Positions 27,708 to 36,323 of a DNA stretch of 64,000 nucleotides are shown piece after piece; position 1 is the first letter of the stretch; each line of letters begins with the position of its first letter. The notes under the pieces are model-generated. The model saw only the letters and a list, made by a program, of their open reading frames with translations, was not told the origin of the DNA and ran no database searches. Both the position numbers and the translations under genes were made by a program. This DNA comes from a virus: positions 1 through 64,000 of the IMG/VR virus record IMGVR_UViG_3300045119_000180; one strand, 5' to 3'.

Positions 27708-27893
27708 CTATCACCTAGTGACAAACTTTACCGGCTTCACCTTTATGATTTGGTTGAATATGATCAACAAAGAAATTTGTAGTAGCGTAAAACGCTGTCG
27801 ACGTTACATGCGCAATACCGTGACCAACCGCCTTGACAGCATGACCGATCGGCGCGAACGGGTTACACAGTGCCAACAATAAGAGTAGTTTCA

Positions 27894-28211
27894 TTAGAAT
27901 GTCGGCGTATTCGTGGCGTTTGCAGCCGTCGGTGCGAAATTGACGCCCGCGAAAGTGGTATTGCCGGTGACATCAGATGATTGAACCGAAACGCCATGAC
28001 CGGTATAGTATTTATACAACAGCGATGAAACCGTAACCTGCTGCGCTTGTAGAACGTAATTGCCGGCTACCAAACCAGCAAACGAATAGTTGCCACTGCT
28101 ATCTGACGTCGCGGTTGTTTGGACAGGACCATTGCTCGACTGGCCATATAAAGACACGATGACCCCAGAAAAAGAGGAGCCGCCTACGTTACCGCTAATA
28201 GTTGCTGCCAT
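27894..28211 (-). CDS. Carboxypeptidase-regulatory-like / Cna-B beta-sandwich protein
   Basis: TISGNV...TATSDSSGNYSFAGLVAGNYVL. Confidence 0.75.
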   Translation of the reverse strand: MAATISGNVGGSSFSGVIVSLYGQSSNGPVQTTATSDSSGNYSFAGLVAGNYVLQAQQVTVSSLLYKYYTGHGVSVQSSDVTGNTTFAGVNFAPTAANATNTPTF

Positions 28212-29026
28212 TATGCCCACCGTCCAAGATGCTGAGTAAAGATGTCTGTTACAACCAAAGCATTAGCTGCGTCTTTATATCTCAGCCAGAAATTACCCTT
28301 ATCGCCCCAGCCGGCGCCCCAGCTATTGCGAACAAGAAAGCTTCCGCCATTGACCGAATCGTCGTAACCAATAGCTAGAACAGCGTGGCCGCCTAGAACC
28401 TGCTCGTTAGCCGGATCCGGGGACCAAATACCATCTCGCCCCATCTGTGGCGATTCGAAAGACTCGTAAACTTGAAAACCTAACTTAAGGTTGTATTCAG
28501 AAGCTATGACAGACTTCATGTCGTCGACGTTACCAACGGCATGATAACTGCCAGTGGGAAACTTCAAAGCGTCGGCAAGCTGAGTAGCTGTCGGCGCGGT
28601 AGAGTAATCCTGGTCGTTATACGGCATTTCGCTACGAAGACCGTTGCCGTACAGCTGACCAACCTTACACGACGTCCGGATCTGCGAACCACAATCGCCC
28701 TGATTAAGACTGCCGTCCATATACCGCTCTTGATAATACGTGAACGACGGGCTAAACATTCCGATGGCGGTAGGGGCGGGCTTATGACCGTGCTCGGCCA
28801 ATGCCTGCCAATGAAGGTATTCGCGATCGGCGCATTCTGAATGCGCGGTGCAGGATCCTTGCTGACCTTGATTTAAAACCGGACCCATAAACTTTAAGTT
28901 GTCGGTCTTGCTAGGAAGCGTCTGACCAAAGAGAAATGGAAATCTGCTAATTCCAAAATCTCGATGATCCCGAACTGACGGGAGCAGGCCATATCTACGA
29001 CCTGAATTAGACAGTGGAAGGCTCAA
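28211..29026 (-). CDS. Papain-family (C1A) cysteine peptidase
   Basis: NQGQQGSCTA (catalytic Cys), GGHAVLAIGYDD (His), RNSWGAGWGDKG (Asn). Confidence 0.92.
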   Translation of the reverse strand: MSLPLSNSGRRYGLLPSVRDHRDFGISRFPFLFGQTLPSKTDNLKFMGPVLNQGQQGSCTAHSECADREYLHWQALAEHGHKPAPTAIGMFSPSFTYYQERYMDGSLNQGDCGSQIRTSCKVGQLYGNGLRSEMPYNDQDYSTAPTATQLADALKFPTGSYHAVGNVDDMKSVIASEYNLKLGFQVYESFESPQMGRDGIWSPDPANEQVLGGHAVLAIGYDDSVNGGSFLVRNSWGAGWGDKGNFWLRYKDAANALVVTDIFTQHLGRWA

Positions 29027-29435
29027 TAAATCTCCTTATATAAACAGCCAATCTTTCTATCTTCTCTGGGTCTTCTTTTAAAACGCCTAATGCAAAATTG
29101 CAACTATGACAAAGAATAGCCCTAACTTTGTTAGTAGCGTGATTATGATCTACACACCAAATGTCACCGGTCTTTCCGGATTTGTCACAACCACAAGACG
29201 CACACTTAAAACCTTGATCGCTAAACATCCGATCTCTTTCTTCTATCGTAATCCCGTATTTTCTAATTAAATGCCAGTTATACGATTTTCTAATGTGGTC
29301 TGGTTTACTTGATCTACGTTTATAATTACAAGGCATACACTCGTAACCATAACCGCGTGTAAGACTTTTATCTCTTGCAAACTTAGCTTTAGACAGAAAT
29401 ACTTTACACGTACTACACCGTAATTTTCTAGACAT
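29007..29435 (-). CDS. Free-standing endonuclease VII-family homing endonuclease
   Basis: KYGITIEE...CASC...VDHNHATNKVRAILCHSCNFALG. Confidence 0.88.
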   Translation of the reverse strand: MSRKLRCSTCKVFLSKAKFARDKSLTRGYGYECMPCNYKRRSSKPDHIRKSYNWHLIRKYGITIEERDRMFSDQGFKCASCGCDKSGKTGDIWCVDHNHATNKVRAILCHSCNFALGVLKEDPEKIERLAVYIRRFIEPSTV

Positions 29436-29436
29436 A

Positions 29437-29511
29437 CTCCTTCCTATAAAGGTAGGGAGAACCGTATAGGCGGCTCTCCCCGCAATCAGATAGCGAATCC
29501 GATTGTTCCTA
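29437..29511 (-). promoter_or_regulatory. Kissing-loop SD-sequestering leader, copy 4 (before EndoVII 29435)
   Basis: GGGAGAGCCG-CCTATA-CGGTTCTCCC TA CCTT-TATAGG-AAGG; extra upstream TAGGAAC-hairpin-GCG. Confidence 0.8.
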
Positions 29512-29527
29512 GATCAAGTTAAATTAT

Positions 29528-30148
29528 TTACTTCTCTTTACCAAAAGACAAAATGCGGAACATCTTACTGTGAGCATGAATTTTGTGGCTCTTGGCATAC
29601 GAATCGACAGCCTGGTTCCCGGACGGCTGAACCAAAATTGCATTGTAGGTAGAAATCATTTTGTTAGCGTCAATAGCATCTACAGCCTTGGGGATACTGA
29701 GGCGAAGGGCTGCGGGGGTGGCGCACGATGGGATCAAAGCCGAAATAGCAATCACGAAGGCATTAGCACTGGCCAGAATCAAAGGCAGATTGCCAGCTTG
29801 AGGACCCAACGACTGTACGATACTAAGAACAACAGCCGAATCATCGGTAAGAACAGTCATGCCGGCTTTAAGTTCCTGGCAAGCGGTAGGAGCATTGGCT
29901 CCATTAGCCGCCTGGAAATCTGCGGCAAGGGTCTTTAGATTGGCTGCGTCTTGAGTAATCTTATCCTCGAGAGCTTGATTGACAGGCTTTCCGGATACGA
30001 GGCTAGCGATAGTCAAAACGTTATTGAGCGCTGGAGCGAGGGCCGAGACGAGCAAATCCAGTTTACCGACCCATGCGATGGAGCACCCCTGAAGAACTAG
30101 GGTGTAACAAAGCACAACTGCTAGCAAACCTTTAGAAATATATTTCAT
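29528..30148 (-). CDS. Predicted lipoprotein
   Basis: Signal peptide with lipobox LQG-C, then an Ala-rich helical body. Confidence 0.7.
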   Translation of the reverse strand: MKYISKGLLAVVLCYTLVLQGCSIAWVGKLDLLVSALAPALNNVLTIASLVSGKPVNQALEDKITQDAANLKTLAADFQAANGANAPTACQELKAGMTVLTDDSAVVLSIVQSLGPQAGNLPLILASANAFVIAISALIPSCATPAALRLSIPKAVDAIDANKMISTYNAILVQPSGNQAVDSYAKSHKIHAHSKMFRILSFGKEK

Positions 30149-30678
30149 TCTTTCTCCTTAATTCTATGGCCGGAATGAGCGGCTACTCTACAGCAGCGCT
30201 CAATGAATTCTTTAGATGTATAATAATTTTTAGCTATGTTACAAAAGCGACAACATGACACACAATTTCCTTTAACGTACCCCTTATCATTCTCTATTCT
30301 ATCTACGCCATTAAATAAACGGACTTTATTTTCTTTTCGATGGGGTACTGAAGGAGGCTCACCACAGTAATAACAGTTCCCTGAAACTAAAGATTCGAAA
30401 CATTCAAAAGATAAATCCCATTCATAATTTCTATTTTTAGCATTACTTACGTAATAAGCGTGAACTCTATTAACGTAAGCCAAGCCGTTGGGTAAAGCCC
30501 TATGTTTTAGGCATCCGCAACTTCTTACCTTTTTTAGATCCGCGGTAGTAATTGCCTTTGTCTTACCACAATCACACAAACATAACCAACGGAGTTTCTG
30601 GCCCTTAGGATCAGCGGGGGCTCTTTCTATTACAGTTAATTCACCGATTCTTTGACCTGCATACTCCAAACGTTTCAT
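30145..30678 (-). CDS. Free-standing HNH-type endonuclease
   Basis: WLCLCDCG...SCGC N-terminal module; CYYCG...NGVDRIENDKGYVKGNCVSCCRFCNIAK. Confidence 0.85.
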   Translation of the reverse strand: MKRLEYAGQRIGELTVIERAPADPKGQKLRWLCLCDCGKTKAITTADLKKVRSCGCLKHRALPNGLAYVNRVHAYYVSNAKNRNYEWDLSFECFESLVSGNCYYCGEPPSVPHRKENKVRLFNGVDRIENDKGYVKGNCVSCCRFCNIAKNYYTSKEFIERCCRVAAHSGHRIKEKE

Positions 30679-30680
30679 TT

Positions 30681-30753
30681 CTCCTCTCTAAAAGGAGCCG
30701 GGGGTGTTCAGAGCACCCCCGACGCGGCCGGGTAATTAATCCGGCCGTTCCTA
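30681..30753 (-). promoter_or_regulatory. Kissing-loop SD-sequestering leader, copy 5 (before HNH 30678)
   Basis: TCGGGGGTG-CTCTGAA-CACCCCCGG CTCCT-TTTAGAG-AGGAG; extra upstream TAGGAAC-hairpin-GCG. Confidence 0.8.
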
Positions 30754-30866
30754 ACTTTTGATTTTAAATTCTTGGTACTTCTGGACTGCTTTAATAATCG
30801 CCGGTGACGGCGTATAGCTGGACGCCTGCTGTAGCGCCTTCGTGAGCCGTTTTAGCTCACCTTTGG

Positions 30867-31079
30867 TCATTTCATCAATTTCAAAATTTCACTAGGGAAT
30901 AGTTCTTCGTTAAGCTTCGTACCTTCAAACCACACGCAAAGAACCTTCTGATCGGTGCCATTAGCAAAGGCGTCTTTGACTAACATCAATGGGCTTCCCG
31001 AAGCCAGTTTGCACGTATCGCCCGTCTTGAAGACATGCGCCGGTGCTGTCGTGTTTAAAGGAGGACCAGTCTTTTTCAT
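30867..31079 (-). CDS. YodC/DUF2158-family protein
   Basis: FKTGDTCKLASGSPLMLV...CVWFEG...FPSEIL. Confidence 0.75.
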   Translation of the reverse strand: MKKTGPPLNTTAPAHVFKTGDTCKLASGSPLMLVKDAFANGTDQKVLCVWFEGTKLNEELFPSEILKLMK

Positions 31080-31242
31080 AGATTTAAGTTCTTTATATAT
31101 TCGTCAGGCTTTAAAATCCAAGCGGCTAGAAACTTCGTATTAGAGAAATCCGGTATCTCACCATTAAAGAATATCTGCAATACTTCGCCGTCTGGTAGAA
31201 GGATCGATATAGACTTCATCTCGCCTATCAGTTCCGGATCCA

Positions 31243-31413
31243 TTAAATGCCTACCGCCGGCTTAAGACACACAGCCGGAACCATTGCTGTTGAATAGCCA
31301 ACGTCGCCTGAAATTACCCACAATACCGTAATCGTCGTGCCGTCTGGGCTGACCGCTATGACGTTCATCGGCGGGCCGCCAGCTTTAAATCGGACTATAT
31401 CGCCAATTTTCAT
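31243..31413 (-). CDS. YodC/DUF2158-family protein, second copy
   Basis: MKIGDIVRFKAGGPPMNV. Confidence 0.7.
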   Translation of the reverse strand: MKIGDIVRFKAGGPPMNVIAVSPDGTTITVLWVISGDVGYSTAMVPAVCLKPAVGI

Positions 31414-31586
31414 TGAGCTCTTTCCTTCCAATAATCCAACGATTCTTCTATTTCAACGGTAAAGCCGGAATTCATCTCGAGATAACAACCGTCGACTTTC
31501 TCAACACACCGCTCAACCAAATCGCTATTAATCAAATTCTTTTTCGAATTGCCGTTAAAGATACTCTGCGTTACTTCAATCCACAT
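31410..31586 (-). CDS. Small FlbD-like protein, 58 aa, not in ORF track
   Basis: MWIEVT...LINSDLVE...FTVEIEESLD; overlaps the neighbouring genes at both ends. Confidence 0.5.
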   Translation of the reverse strand: MWIEVTQSIFNGNSKKNLINSDLVERCVEKVDGCYLEMNSGFTVEIEESLDYWKERAQ

Positions 31587-31774
31587 TAGATTCCAATAGT
31601 AACCGGCATAATTTCAGTCGAACCAATAGGGATTAGTTCTAAAACTGGCTTTGGGCCAATAACCGATACCACCCTAAAAGCCCGGACATTTTTATAATTG
31701 CCAGTAGGATCAAAAGCCGACGTTTCGCTGGATGTCACGATTATTGTTTCGCCGTCTTTAAGTTCTATTTGCAT
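31586..31774 (-). CDS. Hypothetical protein
   Basis: 62-aa ORF translationally coupled to the next gene. Confidence 0.5.
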   Translation of the reverse strand: MQIELKDGETIIVTSSETSAFDPTGNYKNVRAFRVVSVIGPKPVLELIPIGSTEIMPVTIGI

Positions 31775-32302
31775 TTTTGGTCATAAATATCTAATTTCAG
31801 TTCGTCAGCTTGTTGATGGATATAAGCATGAATACTTCCGATTACTTCAACGTCGATATAGCCTTGCTTTTCTATTTTGGCTAACACGTCTAAACGGAGA
31901 ATATCTTTTAAAGTTTTAAACATAATCACTGCATGACATAAAATAGCCGCAAATGCAAATCAAACGGCACTTCCGCCTCTCGAGGAGGCGGTCGCAAACG
32001 GGACAATAAAGGCTCGGGTCAGTTGGGCCTTTCGTTTGGCTTTTCGACGTGAACTTCAAATTCGATCTCTTTGCCATCTCCGTCGACCAGAACGAACATT
32101 TCTTTAAAATGCTCTAACGTCCACTCGTTGATCAGCTCGGACGGGTTTAAATCTTTTTTAGCCATAATTCAATGCTTTCAGCCAAAATGTCTTCAACGTT
32201 GGTAAGTTGAAACCACGGCTCGTCGTGACAGTCTTGATATACCCTGTCGACTATTATTGCTGTCCAGATCATAACTCAGGTTAAACTGTTTCAAACCGTT
32301 TG

Positions 32303-32488
32303 TCAATCTTTCTTTTGGCCAAATGCCCATGCGGCGAATCCGCCGCTTAATGTCGTTATACAGCCTAAAATGATCTGAAGGCCATATGAGCTTTCTTCCA
32401 TTACCTTGCCTAGCGCGATTATGCCGGCTAGGCAGCCAATGACCAGCAGGAGGCTAAAACCAAATACTGCTTTCCATTTGTCGGTCAT
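32303..32488 (-). CDS. Small two-transmembrane protein (holin-like candidate)
   Basis: Two transmembrane helices and a basic C-terminus. Confidence 0.6.
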   Translation of the reverse strand: MTDKWKAVFGFSLLLVIGCLAGIIALGKVMEESSYGLQIILGCITTLSGGFAAWAFGQKKD

Positions 32489-32895
32489 GTTCTACCACAA
32501 CGTAATCTTTGTTTAGTCAAAACGGGCTTAAGCTCTAAAAACTCTTCGTAACCCCACCAAGCGCCTTTTTTAGTATTGCAAGTAGTACAACACGGAACGA
32601 CGTTATTAGCGGTATGCTTTCCTCGGTTATCCTTTCTGTCCAAAGAATGACCATAAACAGGAAGTCGGCCGCCACAATAATGACACGGACTTCTTAGGAT
32701 CGCATGGTAGTAATATCTGATATTCCACAAAGGATCCGTCTTTTCGATTTTATCCGCTTTTAAAATTTTAAAAAGTGCTTTGAAGCGCCGGTGAAGCGGA
32801 CGACACTCAAGACAAAAAAGCGATCTGTGATTTCTAATAAAGCTAGTCGTACAAAGAGCACACACGCGCCACAACTTAAGATCAAACCAATTCAT
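32485..32895 (-). CDS. Free-standing HNH endonuclease
   Basis: CHYCGG...LDRKDN...NVVPCCTTCNTKKG. Confidence 0.82.
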   Translation of the reverse strand: MNWFDLKLWRVCALCTTSFIRNHRSLFCLECRPLHRRFKALFKILKADKIEKTDPLWNIRYYYHAILRSPCHYCGGRLPVYGHSLDRKDNRGKHTANNVVPCCTTCNTKKGAWWGYEEFLELKPVLTKQRLRCGRT

Positions 32896-32898
32896 TAG

Positions 32899-32949
32899 AC
32901 TCTCCGATTAAGAGTGGACCGCGGGACTGTAATCGGCAGTCCCGGATCC
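32899..32949 (-). promoter_or_regulatory. Kissing-loop SD-sequestering leader, copy 6 (before HNH 32895)
   Basis: CGGGACTG-CCGATTA-CAGTCCCG ... ACTCT-TAATCGG-AGAGT. Confidence 0.8.
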
Positions 32950-33039
32950 GGTGGGATGTAAAAACAGGGGCTACAGGCTGATTTGCCTTTTTTTAGCTCC
33001 TACTAGACGGCTAGACTACGGCACCCAAACGAAATTTCA

Positions 33040-33700
33040 TTTTTGTTTGTTTTCAATGAGTTACAAAGAAAAGTGCCTGTAAGTTATTGATAACCCTAAA
33101 ATTTTTCTTCAAAAAGAATTTTTAAACCTTTTGTTTTCTATCTACTATACTCGCGCTATATAGTGGAAAACGCACTGCGATATTCAAATGGTTTAGCCCG
33201 GACGGGGTGGCGACACCTACTCCGCCAGGGTGCCAGGGGTCCAAAATAAAAATAATGTAAGTTATTGATTCTAAAAGGGCAAAACTAGACCTTGTTGATA
33301 ATAAAGGACTTAACTATACCGGGTAGAAATTGCCAGTTGGAAAAAAATTTCGCGCGCGAAGGTCTCCGGTGGCTTGGCTACTCCTGCCAGTGCCGGCCAG
33401 CATGCTTTTCAAATTTCCTATAAGCACAGCAGAATCAACAACATAATTCTCTATCTGCAGGGAGAGAACGCGCATCCAGGCAAATCAGGTCTCAAGGCCG
33501 TTCGAGCTGTCATCTCGATCATTCATTTTATTGCGTTTCATTGCGTTGGGTTGCACGATTTGTTTGTTTTCATAGAGTTAGCGCGATATTCAACTAGTTA
33601 TTGAATACCACAAATTCGTGACATATGATAAATAATAGATAATATATGAAAAATAATATATTTATTTCTCATTTTGAGAATATTATTTGTCGTGGCTATA
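33040..33700. other. Non-coding hinge between the divergent arms, with IHF-consensus sites and AT-rich tracts
   Basis: WATCAANNNNTTR matches on the minus strand at 33080-33092 and 33258-33270; GATATTCAA at 33179 and 33585; AT-rich 33620-33690. Confidence 0.55.
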
Positions 33701-33767
33701 CTAAGCGCAACGACTGATAGCCAAAACTTCCACGACTTAAACTGTCTCAGCAAACTGCGCTCGAAAC

Positions 33768-33950
33768 TCATAGAACCTCATCGATCAGCTGCACAGCTCG
33801 CATCGCTTTGTTCGGAATAGGAACGCCGTCATCACCATCTATTGAGTCTACATAGCCTTCAAGCAAGTTTCGGACTAATTCAAGCGTAGCTTTTAGCTCA
33901 TCGATTTCATTTTGGTACTGGCGTTCTATGCTAATCATACTTGTCTCCAC
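33768..33950 (-). CDS. Small hypothetical protein
   Basis: 60-aa helical ORF. Confidence 0.5.
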   Translation of the reverse strand: METSMISIERQYQNEIDELKATLELVRNLLEGYVDSIDGDDGVPIPNKAMRAVQLIDEVL

Positions 33951-34031
33951 CGATACGCTGTATTAGCTTCCATCACTCGTGCGATCATAGCGCCGAGCAG
34001 CAGCGTAAAGCTTACATTAAAGAGCACCGTA

Positions 34032-34145
34032 GTTCAAATACTGTTTACACGTACACTACAGACGGAGCACAAGAGATCAAAGTAGAGTTTTACGTGTCTG
34101 ATGAAGAGGAGAAGAATGCTGTGCGATTCTTGGAGTCGCGCAATT
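34032..34145 (+). repeat. 114-bp exact direct repeat, copy 1
   Basis: Identical to 34637-34750. Confidence 0.9.
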
Positions 34146-34257
34146 GCAGTCGTGTGTATCGTGAATTACACCGTCTATTACAGCTGTTAGATGCTTGGAC
34201 ACTAGGAATGAAACTCGATGCGTGTACGGATATTGGACTAAATTAGAATAATTTTAG

Positions 34258-34286
34258 TTGACACCTATTTGAATATCATTTATTGT
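34258..34286 (+). promoter_or_regulatory. Sigma70-type early promoter
   Basis: TTGACA-17-TATTGT with TTGAATATC in the spacer. Confidence 0.7.
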
Positions 34287-34305
34287 GGTCGCATTGGAGG
34301 TCTCT

Positions 34306-34536
34306 ATGACCAAAGCAGAATCAATAGCGGTTGGAAAGGCCCGAAGAATCAAATATCAAATCGAGGGACGTCGCAATGCGCCGAATCCTCTAGGCATCGA
34401 TGGCAAAGTAGAGCAAATCCGTTGGATTACGTGCCAGCAAGCTCAAGTTGAGCCGAGCGGATGGCTGAGCTATACGTTAGCAGATGGCACAGTAGGTCTC
34501 AAACGGCCGAGAACGTGGCGCGTAAAACCTGAGTAG
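34306..34536 (+). CDS. Early hypothetical protein
   Basis: GGAGG SD, directly after promoter 34258. Confidence 0.65.
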   Translation: MTKAESIAVGKARRIKYQIEGRRNAPNPLGIDGKVEQIRWITCQQAQVEPSGWLSYTLADGTVGLKRPRTWRVKPE

Positions 34537-34602
34537 TCCAATTGTCATTCTCAGGCCGTCTAATCAAACGTGGATGGCCTAGGAAGTACAAATGGAGGAA
34601 CA

Positions 34603-34848
34603 ATGCCTATCGATTACACAGCTAAACCTGATGACGGTTCAAATACTGTTTACACGTACACTACAGACGGAGCACAAGAGATCAAAGTAGAGTTTTACGT
34701 GTCTGATGAAGAGGAGAAGAATGCTGTGCGATTCTTGGAGTCGCGCAATTACAGGATATACAAACAGCATGGCGGACGAGCAGTAGTAAATGACGCCATA
34801 ACAACCAATAGCACGACCGTAACAGAGATTAGAAAAGCTTTAGAATAA
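34603..34848 (+). CDS. Early hypothetical protein
   Basis: GGAGGA SD before MPIDY. Confidence 0.65.
   Translation: MPIDYTAKPDDGSNTVYTYTTDGAQEIKVEFYVSDEEEKNAVRFLESRNYRIYKQHGGRAVVNDAITTNSTTVTEIRKALE
34637..34750 (+). repeat. 114-bp exact direct repeat, copy 2, inside CDS 34603-34848
   Basis: Identical to 34032-34145. Confidence 0.9.
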
Positions 34849-34853
34849 AACTC

Positions 34854-34882
34854 TTGACATCTTTATTGAATATCGGCATACT
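34854..34882 (+). promoter_or_regulatory. Sigma70-type early promoter
   Basis: TTGACA-17-CATACT, TTGAATATC in the spacer, upstream TTAGAAAAGCTTTAGAA. Confidence 0.7.
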
Positions 34883-34901
34883 TGCATCAAGGAGAAAAAC
34901 A

Positions 34902-35105
34902 ATGTCACACGATTTAATGATGCAACTAGGGATGATCAATCAATCAAACGACAAAGCCAGCCAGACCGACAATGAATCAACCGCAGACGATCTCGTTACA
35001 GCTTATGCCTTCGAAGACTTAGAGAATGATGCTGAATTGATGCAAACCGTTGAATATAAAGTATTAATGTGCGATATTCCCACGAATCCGCTGTTTATCA
35101 ATTAA
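34902..35105 (+). CDS. Small acidic early protein
   Basis: AAGGAG SD after promoter 34854; D/E-rich. Confidence 0.65.
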   Translation: MSHDLMMQLGMINQSNDKASQTDNESTADDLVTAYAFEDLENDAELMQTVEYKVLMCDIPTNPLFIN

Positions 35106-35115
35106 GGAGAAGACA

Positions 35116-35358
35116 ATGAAAACGATGTCTATTCGACTGCAAGATGAAACAGGACAGATTTATAAATGGACAATTAAGCATATCCCGCGAGTAATCAATT
35201 GCACTATAGGTAGAAAAACCCGCGTGTTGACAGGCTGGGAATTCACGGATCACGACGGTTATGCGCGATTTGCTGAGGGTAATTGGCAAGATTTAGTTAG
35301 TATGTTCAAGAACACGGCCGAGAACTACGGTTTCAAGCTGATGTCGGAGCTATCTTAA
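35116..35358 (+). CDS. Early hypothetical protein
   Basis: AAGGAG SD. Confidence 0.65.
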   Translation: MKTMSIRLQDETGQIYKWTIKHIPRVINCTIGRKTRVLTGWEFTDHDGYARFAEGNWQDLVSMFKNTAENYGFKLMSELS

Positions 35359-35597
35359 TGACACACCGCGCCCATACCGTATTGACTCTAGCGTTGCTGG
35401 TCCTGCTAGGAATGGCTGTTTATCGCATACAGCGGCTCCAGGACGAACGAAACGACCTAACAGCTGTACGCAACGCATTGATTGAGCTAAACCACGACAA
35501 ATCGGAGTATATTGATGCGGGATGCAATGGTGAATATCAGGGATCCGAAGAAACGACCGGACAGAACGATTTTGATGGGACGAAAGAATCGAGATAA
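35358..35597 (+). CDS. Small membrane-anchored coiled-coil protein
   Basis: N-terminal transmembrane segment; coupled to the upstream gene. Confidence 0.55.
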   Translation: MTHRAHTVLTLALLVLLGMAVYRIQRLQDERNDLTAVRNALIELNHDKSEYIDAGCNGEYQGSEETTGQNDFDGTKESR

Positions 35598-36272
35598 GGA
35601 GATTCAAATGACGCTCCGAGAGAAAGCTATAGAATATCTCAAGAATCGGTACGAAGAAGAAGCTTTTAAATATCCGTTAATGCGCAAAGATGTGACACTA
35701 AATGGCTACGTCCAAGCGAATCTGAAGTATGCCATGCGCAACATTCGCAATAAGGAGCGCAATGCGTAACTCACCCTATCCCGTTAGTCTGGCCACTCTT
35801 CGTCGACTAGAGGCAATGCGGGCACACGCCGTACATTTGCCTCGTGCGATTGACCAAACGAAGGATGCGGAGTTTAGCTCTTTTATCGCCGTAGCTATTG
35901 CGGTGATTATGCTGGTCACAATGCTTTTTGCTTGTGCCAAATGGTGACACTATTTTCTAGGTCCCCAATGAAGTCACCAACGCGGGGACCGGTGACTTTC
36001 GACGTCTGGGAAAGACGAGGTCACAATAGGCCAAAATAACGAAAGTCCATTGGTACTCAAATTGGTCTCACATAGAGCAAATAGTAAAATGGTGACAGAA
36101 TTAAATCCTTTATAATGAGTATACAAGTGATATTCAATGGAAAATGCAAGTTACTTTTAAGAAGTATAGATTCTTGGTTTGATTATTTGATCCCATTCTA
36201 AAAACATGTGCTCTCAGTAGTGGGAAGTCCTCGGTCCATTTGCTGGTGACTTTGCTGGAGACCAAATAATGC

Positions 36273-36301
36273 TTGACAAAGTCTCACAAATATGCTACAA
36301 T
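36273..36301 (+). promoter_or_regulatory. Sigma70-type promoter
   Basis: TTGACA-17-TACAAT followed by an AGGAGG SD. Confidence 0.75.
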
Positions 36302-36323
36302 GGGACTAGGAGGCTAAAATTAA

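Noticed and set aside
13649-32949. GC-rich leader hairpins as simple intrinsic terminators
   Set aside because: They lack a following U tract on the coding strand, and a terminator would not explain loop-loop complementarity in all six copies.
34032-34750. Diversity-generating retroelement template/variable repeat pair
   Set aside because: The copies are identical with no adenine-specific differences, and no reverse transcriptase is in the window.
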